Below, piece by piece: positions 61,065 to 64,000 of a stretch of 64,000 nucleotides of DNA (positions are counted from its first letter, which is position 1; every line of letters starts with the position of its first letter). The stretch covers positions 19,408,001 through 19,472,000 of the forward strand of contig NW_024704742.1 of assembly GCF_018977255.1 (NCBI RefSeq), in the 5' to 3' direction. Made by a program: the position numbers and the translations under genes. The notes under the pieces were generated by a model, which was not told the DNA's origin, ran no database searches, and saw only the letters and a program-made list of their open reading frames with translations. This stretch comes from Callorhinchus milii (lineage: Eukaryota).

Positions 61065-64000
61065 GCCCTCTGTTGATTCAGGAACAGCGAGAAAATGTCC
61101 TTTTCCTTGGGAGATGTTTTGGAACAGAAATGTAAAAACGATTGCATCACAACTTTGCAATGTGGATCAAACGTGACTGCAATTAACATCACAGATGAGA
61201 AACCGCAAGTTCCATTGCTCCCACAGTGAATCTTTTGGAGGGTGCTGAACTCCCTCAATACCACGCATAACTTAAGCCATGCCAGATATTATGAACATAG
61301 GGATAAGTCTGTCTGTCTGTTACCATATTCTCAGTAGATAAAACAGTCAAGGTCACTCTGGCAGTCCACCTACTCGACAATACACACCAGCCATCCCACA
61401 TGATAATAACTCAAAAGATAAAGGCATTTTATGAGTCTCCTTATAACTTTCAAGCCGCTATCTCTCCAGGAGCAGGCTATAGCTATGTTACCACTTTCTA
61501 AGGCAATGAGATTGATAAAACCCACATAGATTCCATCATCTCATTGTCGGACATCCAGCAAACCATTAGCTTCATGCAGGCTGCCTGGTCCTAAAGACTT
61601 TGGAAATCCAACGTTCATGGAATATTAGCTCCGAACGTATCAAAGAACCAAGATTTCTTGAATTAAACATATATCAGCCACCGATTATGATTCTAACATT
61701 TTAGTCAAATTATTGTTAACAAATCCTTAACAATTAAATTACTTTCATTCAATTGGACTAGATGGAGTTTGCGTCTTTGAGGTACATAAAAATACTGTTT
61801 AATAGTGGATGTTCAATATTATTCATAATGTTCCTACAATGACTCAGCCTTGGTTGATATTTTTCAGATACAGAAAAAGGTCTTTTAGAATGGAAACCCC
61901 TTTGAATGTTTTAACAAGAATGAGATTTATTTGCTGTTTTTGTCCCATTGGTTGTCATTCTGTACTCACAACCCCTCTTCAGGCTTTGTAGACACTGTCA
62001 GTTTGTACTTTCCAATGTGCAATAGGATGCTGCTGTCTATTTTGTAGCATTCACATCTTGAATTTGCTGTGATAATGGTAATTTTAATATTATTCAAAAA
62101 AAGGTCATATTAAAATCGTAAAAGTTAGCAAAGGCTGAAGATGGTATGAATTTTGTTTTCTGACCTATTATCAGTCATTTTGGGCCTTTCTTTAGCAATT
62201 GACACATCCAGTTTGCGAATATATCATTTTACACCCTTCAAGTACTGTATTATTTGTCATTCAACGTCTCTTGATAGCCTATGAGTCTATGATTTCAATG
62301 TTAAATTAGCTATGATACTATCATAAAGAAATTTAAGGTCAATGCACAATTTATGGTCTTTTGGAAAGTCTTAGGATATATTATCAAGTTGATTCAAAGG
62401 AACACTAACTAGTGGAAACCACATTCCATACAATTTGATTTCTTGAAATACTTACAATCCTAAAATGGCTAAAAAAGCTAGTGCTAGTGCTAACTCCCTT
62501 ACTGGATATATCTGCTTAATCCCATTCCCTGCTTATTTTCCGTAGCCTTTAATATTACTTTTTCTTCAAGTATTTATCCAATTCCCTTTTAAAAGCTGTT
62601 GTAAGCTTGACGCCAAAGCAAAGACCATTCTACATGTGGATACCAACGAAATCATGGGCCCAAGGGATAAAAGAGCCGCATAAGTTGCCAGAACTCTCCA
62701 GAAACCAAAAGAGCAGGAGACAGGGCTGTCTATGATCAGTGATTCATTATTTGTTTACTTGGAAATTGTGACTGGTTTTCCAACATCAAAGAGAAAGTAA
62801 CTGATCTAAGAAGTTATGCTAAATTAATATTAGTTTTTCAAGTCTTCAATGAGAAAAGTTAGTACATTTATATTGCATCTTCAGATAGCAAGATAGGAAA
62901 CATAATAGTTGCTGTACTTTCCTGCTGATCTTATTGATATAAAATTATTTGAGGCAAAACTTTGTGAGAAGGTTCACTGGAAAGATCCTCTACACTGTGG
63001 AATCTACAGTTCAGTTTAAGAGTGGCACAAAGGCTTTCCCAGCAATCCCAAAAGACATCTTATCACAGCGCTTCAGGGAGCTTGGCCATGCCTCTTCGCT
63101 GAAATGTATGGAGGAGGGTGGTTTGGTTTAATCCAAAGCGGTCAGCAGTTTGGCTTCACTGCCAATTTTCTTAACCAACTGAACCTGGACAACCGCGCAT
63201 GATGATATAAGGATGTGTTAAGTCTCTGAGCTGCTGACCTAAATCATACGCACAGCATCTACAACATTTCAGTACTTGAAACCCAAATCTATTCCCTGTC
63301 TTCTTTTGTCTCAAGCTGTGTGGCAGGCATGAAGAGGTCAAGAGAACTCCTGAACCTGTGGATGTGTTTCCCTTTATGCGTTCCAAAAAGAGGGTGGATT
63401 CTCTGATTGTAAGTACATTTACTGACCTTGGTGGCATGAGCTCAGAGTGGGATGCCTGAAATCTTGAATATAAACACATCCACTGTAGTTTCCAGGCTTT
63501 TATTTAGCTTAGTCTGAGTGTGGCTAATGTCTTGCCATGAATGCCAGATCCATCCTAGCAATGACACATTAATCTGTCCCAACGGTATGCTTAATAACAT
63601 TTTGGTTTCCTGTCATGGGGCTCTGAGATGCTACCCTGCGTGGAGGGTGCTATATAAGTGCAAGTTGTTGTTGTTGTTGTTATTTTGGATTAATTTCAGT
63701 ACTTCTTTGGAAAGGTTAAAAAAAAGTATCCAGTTCCATTTTCCTGGGAATTTTCCACAACTTTTTTGAGGAATAATGCTTTCCCAATTAATTTTGGGTT
63801 TCACAGTAGACAGCAGTCGTTTACTCTTACCATTATGTTTACTTCCACTGGTACACAATAAGAGCCACCTACAATTTCTCTGCAATCCCCAAATAGCAGA
63901 GGATGGCTTCTTGTCTCTCAGCACCTTATCAGCATGCACTTTTTCAGCATCACGTGGCTGAAATGCAGTGGAAAAGGAAGGTCTTGAGATGGACTTTGAA

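Overview
AT-rich, repeat-dense vertebrate DNA. The repeat content points to a cartilaginous fish, probably a holocephalan such as Callorhinchus (inference). No intact protein-coding gene is recognisable. The long ORFs are decayed L2-clade LINE reverse transcriptases. The window also holds many CR1 3' fragments, a tRNA-Ala-derived SINE in short and long forms, Deu-domain SINEs, a Penelope-like element with GIY-YIG remnants, a Gypsy RT remnant and a possible hAT remnant. Highlights: (1) a minimal type I hammerhead ribozyme motif in the Penelope terminal repeat; (2) two ~98% identical L2 copies with the same inactivating indels, inserted in inverted orientation 0.7 kb apart; (3) a perfect fold-back hairpin at one L2 5' junction; (4) a four-copy palindromic MITE-like family; (5) an unclassified three-copy ancient repeat; (6) several templated local duplications. 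A few weak candidate exons and CNE-like tracts suggest intronic or gene-desert sequence. All alignments were done by eye and boundaries of old repeats are approximate.
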